A stretch of 64,000 nt of DNA from Nannocystis bainbridge (GTDB lineage: Bacteria > Myxococcota_A > Polyangia > Nannocystales > Nannocystaceae), in the NCBI RefSeq assembly GCF_028368995.1, contig NZ_JAQNDL010000003.1:2496001-2560000 (forward strand), in the 5' to 3' direction. Position numbers and translations under genes: made by a program. The notes below the pieces were generated by a model. The model was not told the DNA's origin. It ran no database searches and worked only from the letters and a program-made list of their open reading frames with translations. Shown in pieces: positions 19,726 through 29,900 of this stretch. Position 1 is the first letter of the stretch, and each line of letters starts with the position of its first letter.

Positions 19726-19848
19726 CGGGGCCGCGTTTTTTCTCGAGACACCTGAGCGCCTGATTCTCGGCGCTCGGTGATTGTCGCCTCGAGTGATTCT
19801 TCGAAGTACTCGCCCACGTTCGTCTCGAAGGGCGCGCTCTGCTCGAGC

Positions 19849-20010
19849 TCTCGAAGTATGCGAGGGTCTCCTCGCTCTGGGGAGCTCGATGTCTCGAAGT
19901 GCGAGGGTCTCCTCGCCCTGGAGAGCTCGAGGTTTCGAAATGCGCGGGTCAGCTCGCCCTGCGAAGCCCGAGGTCTCGAAGTGCGAGGGTCAGCTCGCCC
20001 TGGAGAGCTA
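19849..20010. repeat. 41-bp intergenic tandem repeat (4 copies)
   Basis: Unit about tctcgaagtgcgagggtctcctcgccctggagagctcgagg, starting at 19849, 19892, 19933 and 19974; no spacers. Confidence 0.85.
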
Positions 20011-20165
20011 ACCACTTCGGAGGTTGCACAGCGCACCTCGCCGTCCTGGAGTGACGGCGCCGTCGCGCGTGCGTGGAACAGAACGCCCCGGCAACGGCTT
20101 GCACGCGCGTGGGCGCACGAGCGTCGCGAAATAACCGCCTGCACGCGATTCGTTGAGGCGCTGTC

Positions 20166-21374
20166 ATGGCACGCACCCGCGATCTCGTCGCATTGTCCGC
20201 CATCCTCATCGCCCCGCTCGCTGCGATCCTCGTCTCGCAGGCGCTGCCCTCGCTCGCGGTCGACGGGACCGAGCCTGCGCCTACGCGGCCGCAACCGCTC
20301 GCTGCGCCGATCGTGACCGCCCCGCCTGCGGTCGCCCCGATCGCCAGCGAGCCCGCCTGCCCCGCGCCCCAGGCTGCGCCCGGCGAGCCGCTCAGCCAGC
20401 CCAGCTTGCCCGCGGCCGCCGGCCTGTTCGGCGACGCCTTGCTCGTGCGCAAGGAGTCGCTCGTGCTGCACACCGCCGCCGAGCGCCGCTGGGCCAGCGG
20501 TCGCCCCGTCATCACGGCCGAGCCCGGCCACTTGCTCGCCACCCGAGCTGTCCATTGGGATAGCCTGCCGGAGGACCTGCGCAGCCTCGAGGACGCCACC
20601 ATGGTCGTGCACGCCGCTGACGGCAGCACCTGCGTCGCCGCGGTCGGCGAGCCCAAACTCCACCTCGAGCAGATCGGCGACGTCTTCCATCACATCGGCG
20701 ACGACGGCCAGGAGAGCTTCGATCCGCCCGCCGACAAACGTGTCCTTCGGGACATGGTCAAGCAGCTGTTCGCCGAGACCGACGACCTGTTGCTGCTGGC
20801 GCGCCAGCGCGGCGCCTCCGGCCTGTCTTGCGACGGCCTGTGGGCCCGGCGGGCCGACCTCCCGCCCGCCACCGTGTTCGGGCGCCGCAGCCTCGACGAC
20901 GCCGACGCCGCCGCGCTCACGGCCGAGGCTGCGCCGGTCGTGCGGGCTCAGCCCGAGTTCGCCGCCCTCGCCGGTGAGTACGCCGAGTACCTCGCGCCGA
21001 TGGACACCGAGCGCCGCGCCGACCTCCCCGCCTGGGACGCCTTTGTCGCCGCCAACCTCAGGACCGAAGCCTGGCGCGAGATCGGCGGCTCGCGCCAGAT
21101 CGTCAGCGTCCAGCTCCAGTTGCTCGATCGCATGGCCTGCAGCGACGAGTTCGGCGGCACCCTCGCCCTGCTGCTCGAGCGCCGCGACGGCGAGCTCGTC
21201 CGCATGGTCCAGCCTGGCTGGCTCGGCCTCTCCGCGCTCATGGACCTCGAGGGCGACGGCGTGCTCGAGGCCGTCACCGACGACGGCTTCGAGACCGTCC
21301 TCCACACCCACGCCAGCGACGGCGCCGACCTCCGCGACGCCTACTCGGTGCCCTACGTCGGCTGCCCGTGCTGA
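20166..21374 (+). CDS. Secreted or membrane-anchored hypothetical protein
   Basis: N-terminal hydrophobic anchor, Pro/Ala linker, DLEGDGVLE Ca-loop-like motif, C-terminal GCPC. Confidence 0.75.
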   Translation: MARTRDLVALSAILIAPLAAILVSQALPSLAVDGTEPAPTRPQPLAAPIVTAPPAVAPIASEPACPAPQAAPGEPLSQPSLPAAAGLFGDALLVRKESLVLHTAAERRWASGRPVITAEPGHLLATRAVHWDSLPEDLRSLEDATMVVHAADGSTCVAAVGEPKLHLEQIGDVFHHIGDDGQESFDPPADKRVLRDMVKQLFAETDDLLLLARQRGASGLSCDGLWARRADLPPATVFGRRSLDDADAAALTAEAAPVVRAQPEFAALAGEYAEYLAPMDTERRADLPAWDAFVAANLRTEAWREIGGSRQIVSVQLQLLDRMACSDEFGGTLALLLERRDGELVRMVQPGWLGLSALMDLEGDGVLEAVTDDGFETVLHTHASDGADLRDAYSVPYVGCPC

Positions 21375-21375
21375 A

Positions 21376-21744
21376 CTACGGCGAATCGAGCCGCAGCAGC
21401 GACCGCACCGCGCGAGCGTGATTGCGGGCGACCAGCAGCTCTTGCGCGCCGATCTGCAGGCGCAAGTGATAGTGGGACTTCACCCGCAGCAGCTTCAACC
21501 CGTCGTAGCGCTGGGCCGCGCGACGGACATGGACCTCACGGGAGTGCCTCAACAGCTGGAGCAGGCGCTCGTGGTTGCTGTCGCTCGCGCCGGTATCGAA
21601 GCCCATGGCCTTGCCGGTGAAGTGATACGTCGCGTAGTAGAGCGCCGCGATCGCCAGTCGCCGGCTCGCCTCGGTCGCCTCGGCCGACTGCGCGCGCTCG
21701 CAGTGGCCCAGCGCCTCGGCCCACAGCTCCTCGGGCGTGATCAT
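21376..21744 (-). CDS. HEPN-like domain protein
   Basis: 122 aa with R.AI..LYYATYH, S.H..L and L..LRVKSHY, matching the HEPN pattern. Start overlaps the upstream stop (ATGA). Confidence 0.7.
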   Translation of the reverse strand: MITPEELWAEALGHCERAQSAEATEASRRLAIAALYYATYHFTGKAMGFDTGASDSNHERLLQLLRHSREVHVRRAAQRYDGLKLLRVKSHYHLRLQIGAQELLVARNHARAVRSLLRLDSP

Positions 21745-22481
21745 GCGCGCAGCTCCGCGAGCGGGATCTCCGGCCCGTAGACCGTGAAGACCACCCGTCC
21801 GATGAGGTGCGACGACCCGCCCGGCACAGCATCGACGGCGTCCAGCAGCGCCTCCTGCAGCCGATCGATCTCCGCGTACGAAGTCGCGTCCGTCCAGTAG
21901 TACAGCGCCAGGCGGTCGTGAATCCCGTCGAGCGCCACGATCGAGGCCCTGAACGACGCTACCCGCGGCCCGATCGTCGCCTCGATCGCCGACTGTCGCG
22001 CCTGCCAGCCTTCGACGAGCTCGTGCGTGCTCAGGAAGCCCAGCATCGGATGATCCGGGCAGCGCGCCGCGAACCAAACCAGCTCCCCGTGGCGCACCGC
22101 CATCTGCGCCGCGATCTCGACGCGGGCCTCGTCGAGCTCGGCCAGCGGGCGGTCGTCGAGGCTCGCCAGGACCCGCCTGGCCTCGGCCACCAGACCGGCG
22201 TCACCGAGGCCGGCGGCCAGGTTCAGCGAGATCTCCGGCGGCACTGCCGGCAGCGTCCGCCACAGCTCGAACCCGCGTGCGGCCTCCGCCCGGGCCTCGC
22301 GGGCCTTGCCGGCGAGGACCAGCGCGTTGTCGTAGGTCGTCGACGCGATCAGGCTGCGTGGCTCGCCTGCGGCCTCCCGGGCCAGCTCGTGCAGCACCTC
22401 GGCCAGGAGCGCCCCGTGGTGGGCCTCGAAGCTCTGCAGGCGTTTGCTCAGCGCGACCGACTTGAGCGCAGGGAGGGCCAT
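21741..22481 (-). CDS. Hypothetical helical protein translationally coupled to the HEPN gene
   Basis: MALPALKS... 246 aa with a helical/TPR-like N-terminus. Start uncertain (22481, 22508 or 22568). Confidence 0.7.
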   Translation of the reverse strand: MALPALKSVALSKRLQSFEAHHGALLAEVLHELAREAAGEPRSLIASTTYDNALVLAGKAREARAEAARGFELWRTLPAVPPEISLNLAAGLGDAGLVAEARRVLASLDDRPLAELDEARVEIAAQMAVRHGELVWFAARCPDHPMLGFLSTHELVEGWQARQSAIEATIGPRVASFRASIVALDGIHDRLALYYWTDATSYAEIDRLQEALLDAVDAVPGGSSHLIGRVVFTVYGPEIPLAELRA

Positions 22482-22603
22482 GTTCGCCGCAACGTAGCTC
22501 GAGCGCATGGGGTCGTCCAGGCGAGCACCGGGCGCCCCGGGCGACGCCTTCGTACGCGCGCGCACCAAGGCGCGTTGGGCATCGCCTGTTTATTGCCTCG
22601 TGC

Positions 22604-22897
22604 TCACCGCAGCACGATGAAGCTGAGCGGCATCTCCGAGTCGACGGCTTCCCAGTCCACGTCGATCGCTGCCACCCGGGCCGAGGGCGGGCCTTTGCGG
22701 CACCACTCGATCAGCGCTTCCACCCTGGCGCGGGTGCCCTGGGCGCGCAGCTCGACGCAGCCGTTGGGCAGGTTGCGGACCCACCCGCGCAGGCCGAGCG
22801 CCTGGGCCCGGGCTTGCGCGCTGGCGCGGTAGTACACGCCCTGGACGCGCCCGTCGATGCACACGAGCGCCTGGACCACTTCGAGCTCCTGTCCCAT
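22604..22897 (-). CDS. acyP: Acylphosphatase
   Basis: GRVQGVYYR, GWVRNLPNG.VE, KGPPSARV. Confidence 0.93.
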   Translation of the reverse strand: MGQELEVVQALVCIDGRVQGVYYRASAQARAQALGLRGWVRNLPNGCVELRAQGTRARVEALIEWCRKGPPSARVAAIDVDWEAVDSEMPLSFIVLR

Positions 22898-22956
22898 CGG
22901 CCCTGTCCTCGGTAACCTGTGCGATCGGCCATATCCCGGGGAACATGTCCCCGGGA
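22887..22956. repeat. 14-bp repeat array (5 degenerate units)
   Basis: tcctgtcccatcgg/ccctgtcctcggta/acctgtgcgatcgg/ccatatcccgggga/acatgtccccggga. Confidence 0.7.
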
Positions 22957-22967
22957 CCAGCCGAATC

Positions 22968-23798
22968 CTAGTCTTCCAGCGCCCCGCCGGCGATCCACGC
23001 CTCGATGAGCGCCAGCTTCGCGTCGTCCATCAGGCCCATCGGCGGCGGCATCAGCGTGCCCGCCCCGCCCTCGTCCTCGAAGCCGCCTGCCAGCTTGAGG
23101 TACAGGTAGCTCGCGGCCGGGTCGCTCGGCTCGACCAGGTCGAGGGCGACCGACGGCGACTTGACGTCGACCAGCGCCGCGTACGAGTCGCCCATCGGCA
23201 GGCTGAGGTTGCCGTTGGCCGCGCTCGCCGCGGAGAAGTGGCACGAGCAGCTGGCGTCGATGATCGCCTGCACGTTGGCGAACGTCGGCTCGGCTGGTTC
23301 GCCGGTGGTGTCGGTCCCGCCGGTGTCGGTGTCGGTGTCTACGCCGCCGGTGGTCGCCGGCCCGCCGCCCTCGAACTCCGCGCCCGCGATCCACGAGAGG
23401 ATCACCTGGTTGTTGGGGTTCAGGAAGTCGTTGTCGGCCGGCATGCGCGGCACGGTGCGCGTGAGGCCGAGGCTCGACAGCAGCACGTCGGGCAGCATCA
23501 CGATCGCCAGGTACGAGTTCACGGTGTCGCCGAGGGTCACCAGCGGCACCCCGTTGATCTCGCCGGTGAGGATGCCGTCGATCTCGTCGCCGGCCAGGAT
23601 CGGCAGCGTCGCCCCGGGCGAGTGACAGCCGGACTTGCCGCAGCTGGCCTCGAGCGCCTCACGCACGGCCGGCGGCACGCCGCCGCCGCCGCTGCCGCCG
23701 CTGCCGCCGGTCTCGATCGCCTCGAGCTGGTTGCAGCCCGCGAGCAACGTCGTCGTCGCCAGGGCGAGGGACACGGACTTGAATGTCTTCCGGGACAT
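22968..23798 (-). CDS. Lipoprotein with two atypical cytochrome c-like domains
   Basis: Lipobox LAGC; SCGKSGCH...SYL...RMP...SWIAGA and SCSCH...VEPSDPAASYLY.KL...MPP...AWIAGGA. Confidence 0.8.
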   Translation of the reverse strand: MSRKTFKSVSLALATTTLLAGCNQLEAIETGGSGGSGGGGVPPAVREALEASCGKSGCHSPGATLPILAGDEIDGILTGEINGVPLVTLGDTVNSYLAIVMLPDVLLSSLGLTRTVPRMPADNDFLNPNNQVILSWIAGAEFEGGGPATTGGVDTDTDTGGTDTTGEPAEPTFANVQAIIDASCSCHFSAASAANGNLSLPMGDSYAALVDVKSPSVALDLVEPSDPAASYLYLKLAGGFEDEGGAGTLMPPPMGLMDDAKLALIEAWIAGGALED

Positions 23799-23802
23799 GT
23801 CG

Positions 23803-25461
23803 TTACAGGCTCCACTTGCGGCTGAGGTTGAAGCCGAAGAAGAAGTTGCCGCGGTCGGTGAACGGGTTCTTGCTCTGACCGCCGGGGGCGTAGAGGTTGG
23901 TGTGGATCTCGCGGGTGTTGGTGATGAAGATCTGGAACAGGTGCTTGCCGGTGTTGACCGAGCCGCCGATCGCCCACGAGCCGATGTTGCTGCCGTTCCG
24001 GTCGGCGTTGCCGCCGCGGAAGAAGAACACGTCGGCGGGGATCGGCAGGTGGTACTCGAGGTCGATGCCCCAGCGCTTCTTTTGACCGAGCCACACCGTC
24101 GAGGCGATGCCGATGCCGAGCGTGCCGCGCTTGTCGCGGACCTTGACCGGGCCGTTCACGGCGTCGTCCGGCAGGTCGACCTGCACGTTGGCCGAGTGGT
24201 TGGTGCGCAGGTGGTAGCCGAACGTCAGCTGCGTGCTCCAGCGGTCGAACCACAAGCGGCTGAGCAGCAGCTGGAAGTTGCCGGCCCACGGGTTGGCGGT
24301 GTTGCTGGGGAAGTCGCGCAGGTACTCGACCGACGCGTAGCCGCCGAAGCTGAGCTTCTTGCCGTCCTCCTGGCGGATCGGGATGTACTTGGTGCCGAGC
24401 TCGTAGCCCTTGCGCGAGTTGGTGCGCCGGATCAGCACGTCCCAGCCGTTCAAGATGCCGTAGGCGAAGCCGTACGAGATGTTGGCGCCGGCGTCGAGGC
24501 CGAACGCGCCCCGCTCCGCGCCGACCTGACCGAAGCGGTGGTCGATGCGGAACTCGAAGGTCCGGCGCCCGAGCGTCGTCGTGGTCGGCAGGTTGATCTG
24601 GAACGTGCCGTGGAACGGCGGCTTGCCGCGCTCCTTCTCTTGCTTGGGCTCGCCGCCGTCGACGTCGCCCGGGGCCTCGGTCGGCCCGGCGGCGCTGTCC
24701 GTCGGCGTCGAGGTCTCGACGACCGCGCCCGCGCTCTGCGAGTCGCCGAGCGCGACGATCCACGAGCGCACGAGTTCCATCTCCTTGGCGCTCAGCGGGT
24801 CGTCGCCCATCGGCATGACGTCGCCCTTGATCCCCTTGTGGCCGGGGATCAGCTTGACGACGAGGTAGCTGTTGTCCGGATCGCCGGGCACGACGAAGCG
24901 CTTGCCCGCGTCCTTCGACTTGTCGCGCGACAGGTGCCCCAGGTCGCCGACGAGCACGACCTCGCTGCCGCCGGACTCGTGGCAGGCGCTGCACTTGTCG
25001 TCGAACAGCTTGCGGACCTTGACCTCGAGGTCGGCCGCCTTCTTGTTGCCGGCCCCGCCGCCGCTGCTGGCCGAAGGGACAGGTGCCGGAGAAGCCGCCG
25101 GCGCGGGCGCGGAGGCCGGCTTCATGCCGGCGATCCAGTCCTTGATCGCCTTCTTCTGCGCCGCGGGCATGGCGTCGCCGGGCGGCATCGCATCGCCGGT
25201 GATGCCCTTGGCGCCGACGATCTTGGCGTAGAGATAACTGGCGTCGGGATCGCCGGCGACGACCAGCGGCTTGCCGGTCGCCTTCGACTTCACCGAGGTC
25301 AGCCGCGCGGGAGAACCCGCGAGCGACACCTCGTCGGCGCCATCATCGTGACAGGCGGTGCAGCTGTCGTCGAAGATCGCCTTGACCTTCGCCTCGAGGT
25401 CAGGGGCCGGCGCGAGGGCCGAAACGACAGCCATAACGAGTGGTGCTGCAGGCGCGAGCAT
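23803..25461 (-). CDS. Tandem planctomycete-type cytochrome c domains fused to a DUF5777-like beta-barrel
   Basis: CTACH and CSACH, each followed by V(A/P)GDPD.SYL..K...MP...WI. C-terminal half has FRIDHRFG, FGLD.GA, T.KH.FQ...TN and FGFNLSRKW. Start uncertain. Confidence 0.8.
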   Translation of the reverse strand: MLAPAAPLVMAVVSALAPAPDLEAKVKAIFDDSCTACHDDGADEVSLAGSPARLTSVKSKATGKPLVVAGDPDASYLYAKIVGAKGITGDAMPPGDAMPAAQKKAIKDWIAGMKPASAPAPAASPAPVPSASSGGGAGNKKAADLEVKVRKLFDDKCSACHESGGSEVVLVGDLGHLSRDKSKDAGKRFVVPGDPDNSYLVVKLIPGHKGIKGDVMPMGDDPLSAKEMELVRSWIVALGDSQSAGAVVETSTPTDSAAGPTEAPGDVDGGEPKQEKERGKPPFHGTFQINLPTTTTLGRRTFEFRIDHRFGQVGAERGAFGLDAGANISYGFAYGILNGWDVLIRRTNSRKGYELGTKYIPIRQEDGKKLSFGGYASVEYLRDFPSNTANPWAGNFQLLLSRLWFDRWSTQLTFGYHLRTNHSANVQVDLPDDAVNGPVKVRDKRGTLGIGIASTVWLGQKKRWGIDLEYHLPIPADVFFFRGGNADRNGSNIGSWAIGGSVNTGKHLFQIFITNTREIHTNLYAPGGQSKNPFTDRGNFFFGFNLSRKWSL

Positions 25462-25523
25462 GTGCGTCAACCGTGAGTGTTACCACAATGCGCGGCGCCA
25501 AACTCTCCGATAAAATCCGCGCC

Positions 25524-26210
25524 ATGCGCCCATCTTTCACCCGGATCGTCCTCGCGTCGCTGACGCTCCTCGCGTGCAACACGAACCCGGAGTCCGCGAC
25601 GAAGGACGCGCCCGTCGTCGCCGGCAAGACCGACGTCCCGGAGATCAAGGGCCAGCCCCCGGTCGACAACAAGGGCGCCCCGCCGCCCCCGTCGACCGAG
25701 ACCAAGACGGCTGGCGACCCCGCGACACCTCCGCCGGGCGACGCCAAGGCCGACGACACCAAGACCGGGACCACCGGCGAGGCCGCCCCCCCGCCGCCCG
25801 CGGCCGATCCCGCCGCCGCCGCCGAGGCCAACAAGAAGCTGCTCGACGAGGCAAAGGCGAAGAAGACTTCCGATGCTCGCGCCAAGAAGGCGCTCGAGGA
25901 GGCCGAGAAGGGCGGCGCCACCGTGCGCGAGCTGGCCGAGTCCGCCAACGCCCGCGGCGAGGCGCTGTTCGACGACCCCGAGCGCGCGGCCGCGTTCTTC
26001 ACGTGGGCCAGGGACAAGGACGCCACCTACCCCAACCCGGTGTTCAACCTCGCCAAGCAGAGCGCCAACGCCGGCGAGGTGCCGCAGACGGTCGAACTGC
26101 TGAAGGAAGTCTCCAAGCGCGGCGGCAAGACGCTGCTCAAGCAGGTCGGCTTCGACCCGACGTTCGAGATCGTCAAGGACGACGCCGAGGTGCAGAAGCT
26201 GATCAAATGA
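25524..26210 (+). CDS. Lipoprotein with C-terminal TPR-like domain
   Basis: Lipobox LLAC, Pro/Thr linker, PVFNLAK...DPTFE. Confidence 0.8.
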   Translation: MRPSFTRIVLASLTLLACNTNPESATKDAPVVAGKTDVPEIKGQPPVDNKGAPPPPSTETKTAGDPATPPPGDAKADDTKTGTTGEAAPPPPAADPAAAAEANKKLLDEAKAKKTSDARAKKALEEAEKGGATVRELAESANARGEALFDDPERAAAFFTWARDKDATYPNPVFNLAKQSANAGEVPQTVELLKEVSKRGGKTLLKQVGFDPTFEIVKDDAEVQKLIK

Positions 26211-26719
26211 GCGCGCGTCCCGTCGGCGTGCTGTTCGTCTGCTACGCCAACATCGTCCGTTCGCCGCTGGGCGCCGCCGTGTTCGCGCGGCTCGCGGACG
26301 AGCGCGGCCTGACGGCGCGCTTCCGCATCGACAGCGCAGGCGTGGCGGCCGACGCCGGCAACCCGGCCCACCCCGGCAGCGTCCGCGTCGCCGCCGACCA
26401 CGGCCTCGCGCTGGTCCACCAGAGCCGGCTGCTGCGCCGCGACGACCTGTTCGAGTTCGACGAGGTGCTCCTGCTCGACCGCCTTGTCGCGTCCGAGCTG
26501 CGCCGCCTCACCGCCGGCTCCGCCTTCGGCCCGATCGCCGGCGCCGGCCAGCAGGCGCGCATCCGGTTGCTCGCGTCGCTCGCCGACCCCAGCGCCCGCG
26601 GCGCCGACCTCGACGTGCCCGACCCGGTGCGCGGCGGCCCCGAAGGCTTTCTGGCGGCCTACCGGCAGATCGCTCGCGCCTGCGCGGCCCTGGTCGACGA
26701 GCTCGCCGGCAAGACCTGA
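26207..26719 (+). CDS. Low-molecular-weight protein tyrosine phosphatase
   Basis: VLFVCYANIVRSP (CX5R), IDSAG, DVPDP; ATGA overlap with the upstream gene. Confidence 0.9.
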   Translation: MSARPVGVLFVCYANIVRSPLGAAVFARLADERGLTARFRIDSAGVAADAGNPAHPGSVRVAADHGLALVHQSRLLRRDDLFEFDEVLLLDRLVASELRRLTAGSAFGPIAGAGQQARIRLLASLADPSARGADLDVPDPVRGGPEGFLAAYRQIARACAALVDELAGKT

Positions 26720-26819
26720 CGACACCGACCTGCTTCGAGAGACATGCTCCAACGAGCATGCTCTCCAGGACAGGTTCGATCGAACATGCTCGATCGGGCA
26801 TGTTCGAGAGGGCATGCCG
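26714..26819. repeat. 14-bp repeat array (about 8 units) between convergent genes
   Basis: acctgacgacaccg/acctgcttcgagag/acatgctccaacga/gcatgctctccagg/acaggttcgatcga/acatgctcgatcgg/gcatgttcgagagg/gcatgccg. Confidence 0.88.
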
Positions 26820-26959
26820 TGCAGCGCCGGCATGCGGCGAGGAGCTGACCGCCCGCGCGCCCGGCTCGCGCCTGCATCCGTGCCGGGCCCGGGCGCTCGC
26901 GAGCAGGCGCAGGCCAGCGAGCCGCGTCGGCTCGGGACCTGCGCCTCACCGCGGTCGGC

Positions 26960-29900
26960 TCAGTTGGGCAGCGTCGGCGCCTTCTCGGGCGCGGCTGCCG
27001 GGGCCGCGGCCACCGGCGCCGGCTTGTCGCCGGCGGCCTGATCGCCAGCGGCCCTGGCGGCGAGCACGTCGGGGTGGATCTCGAGCTCGGCGAGCCCACC
27101 CGGGATCAGCAGGTCGGCGACCGGGGTGGCCTCGGCGATCACGCTGCCGTCGCGGCGCTTCAGCACGACCGGCGGGTGGGCCTTCTCGTGGGTCGCGAGC
27201 TGCTTGCCGAGCGCGGCCTGCTTCTCCTCGTCGAGCGCGGTCCAGGCCAGGCGGCCGCGGCACTTGGGGAACTTCGAGCAGCCGAGCCACGGGCCGCGCT
27301 TGCCCATGCGCAGGTTGAGCGGCGCGCCGCACTTCGGGCACGGCACGTCGACCTCGAGCGCCGGGGGCGTCGGCAGCTTGACGCCCTCTTTCTTGTCGAG
27401 GTTGATGACGAACTTCGTGTGGGGGAAGTTGACCGACGCGAGGAACGGGCCGAAGCGGCTGTTGCGGAGCTCCATGTCGGAGCCGTCGTCGGGGCAGACC
27501 ATGTCGACGCGCTCGGGCAGCAGCGGCCGGCCGTCGCGGGTGATCGGTGCCGCGTAGTCGCACTCGGGGTAGCGCGTGCACGACAGGAAGCGGCCGTTCT
27601 TGCCGAACCGGTAGCAGGTCGGCGCCCCGCACTTCGGGCACTTGTAGATCGCCGGCTGGGCCTCGGCCTTGGCGTGCGTCATCGTGTCGCTGGCGATGTC
27701 GAGCGAGCGGCGGAACCCGCCGTAGAACCGCTCGAGCATCTTCTGCCAGTCGGCGCCCTTGTCCTCGATCTCGTCGAGCTGGGCCTCCATCGCCCGCGTG
27801 TAGCCGACGTCCATCAGGTCCTTGAACGCCTCGACCAGCTTGTCGGTCACGACCTCGCCGAGGTCGGTGGCGTAGAAGCGGCGGTCGAGCTGCTCGACGT
27901 ACTTGCGCTCCTGGATGACCGAGATGATCGACGCGTAGGTCGACGGCCGGCCGATGCCCTCGGCCTCGAGCGTCTTGACCAGCGACGCCTCGGTGTAGCG
28001 CGGCGGCGGGCTCTGGAACTTCTGCTGCGGCTCGATCGAGAACGTCCCGAACGCCTGGCCCTCGCCCAGCGTCGGCAGCGTCTGCTCGTCGGTCGCCTGC
28101 ACCCCGAGCACCTTGAGGAAGCCGTCGAACGCCAGCGTGCGGCCGGTCGCCCGCACCACCGCGCCGGTCGGCTTGTCGGCGCGCTCGAACATCACCGCGG
28201 TCGCGTCCCACTGCGCCGGCGTCATCTGGCACGCCACCGTGCGGGCCCAGATCAGCGAGTACAGCTTGAACTGCTCGTCGGTCAGCGCCTCGCGCACGTC
28301 CTCGGGGCGGCGGTTGATGTCGGTCGGCCGGATCGCCTCGTGGGCCTCCTGCGCGTCCTTGTTCGACGACGTGTAGATGTTGGGCTTCTCGGGCAGGTAA
28401 GGCTCGCCGAAGCGCGCGCCGATGAAGCCGCGGATCTGCGTCAGCGCCTCGGCCGACAGCGAGACCGCGTCGGTGCGCATGTACGTGATGAGGCCGACCT
28501 GGCCCTCGCCCGGGATGTTGATGCCCTCGTACAGCTGCTGGGCCGTCCGCATGCTCCGCTGGGTCGTGAAGCCCATCTGGTTGGCGGCCGCGATCTGCAG
28601 CGACGAGGTGATGAACGGCGCCAGCGGGCGCGAGCTGGTCCGCTTGGTCTCGACCGACTTGACGCGGTAGCGCACCGCCGGGTCGACCACGCCGCTGACC
28701 GTGCGCAGCGTCCTCTGCGGGCCCTTGCCCTCCGGGTTGTCGCGCGCCGTGATCTTGACGTCGGCGAGGCCGACGGCCTCGACCGCGCGGGCGACGTCGG
28801 CGGACAGGTCGCGCGGGGCGGTGGAGACCGCCGTGAGCGCGAACTTCTCGCCGCCGAGCTCGACCAGCTCCGACTCGATCGCCGCGTGCTGCGACATCCA
28901 AGTGTTCTGCGCCTTGACGGTCGGGCCCTTGCCCTTCTCGTCGACGGTGGCGAGGTAGGTGGCCCACGCGGCGGTCAGCGGCTGGGCCTGGGCCGGGTCG
29001 ACGCACAGGCGGACGGTGACCTCCCAGCGCTCGTCGGGCACGAAGGCCGCGATCTCGCGCTCGCGCTCGACGATCAGCTTGACCGCGACCGACTGCACGC
29101 GCCCGGCGGACAGCCCGCGCGCGACCTTCTTCCACAGCAGCGGCGACGCCTGGTAGCCGACGATGCGGTCGAGGATGCGGCGCGCCTGCTGGGCGTTGAC
29201 CTTGTTGACGTCGATCGGCCGCGGGTTGGCGAACGCGCGGTGCACGGCCTGCTGCGTGATCGCGTTGAACACCACGCGACGGGCCGCCTGCGGCGGGATC
29301 TTGAGCTCCTCCGCGAGGTGCCAGGCGATCGCCTCCCCCTCGCGGTCAAGGTCCGTCGCGAACCACACTTGCGACGCGTTCTTCGCCAGCCGCTTGAGGT
29401 CGGCGACCGTCTTGCTCTTATTGGTCAGGACCACGTAGGTCGGGCGGAAGCCGTGCTCGAGATCGACCCCGGGCACCGGCTGCTTGGCGCCCTTCTCCGA
29501 TTTGGTCGGCAGGTCGCGGATGTGGCCGACCGACGCCTGCACCACGAAGTTCGGGCCGAGGTACTTGTTGATCGTCTTGGCCTTCGCGGGGCTCTCGACG
29601 ATGACCAGCTGCTTGCCGCGCGCCGACGCGCCTTCGCTGCCGGCCTCGTCCTCGTCGCCCTCCTCGGGCGCCTCCGCGGGCTCGGCCTTGGCCTTGGGTG
29701 CCTTGGCCGCCTTGGGTGCCTTGGCCGCCTTGGGCGTCGCGGCCTTGGCGGCCTTCTTCGCCGGGGCCTTCTTCGCGGCCGCCTTCTTCGCCGCGCCGCC
29801 CTCGGCGGGCTCGGCGGCCTTCTTCGCGGCCTTCTTGGCGGCCTCCTTGGGGGCGCCTTCCTCGGCGTCCTCCGCGGCCTTCTTCGCGGCTTTGGGCTTC

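Noticed and set aside
19849-20010. 41-bp repeat as CRISPR
   Set aside because: The whole unit is repeated with no variable spacer.
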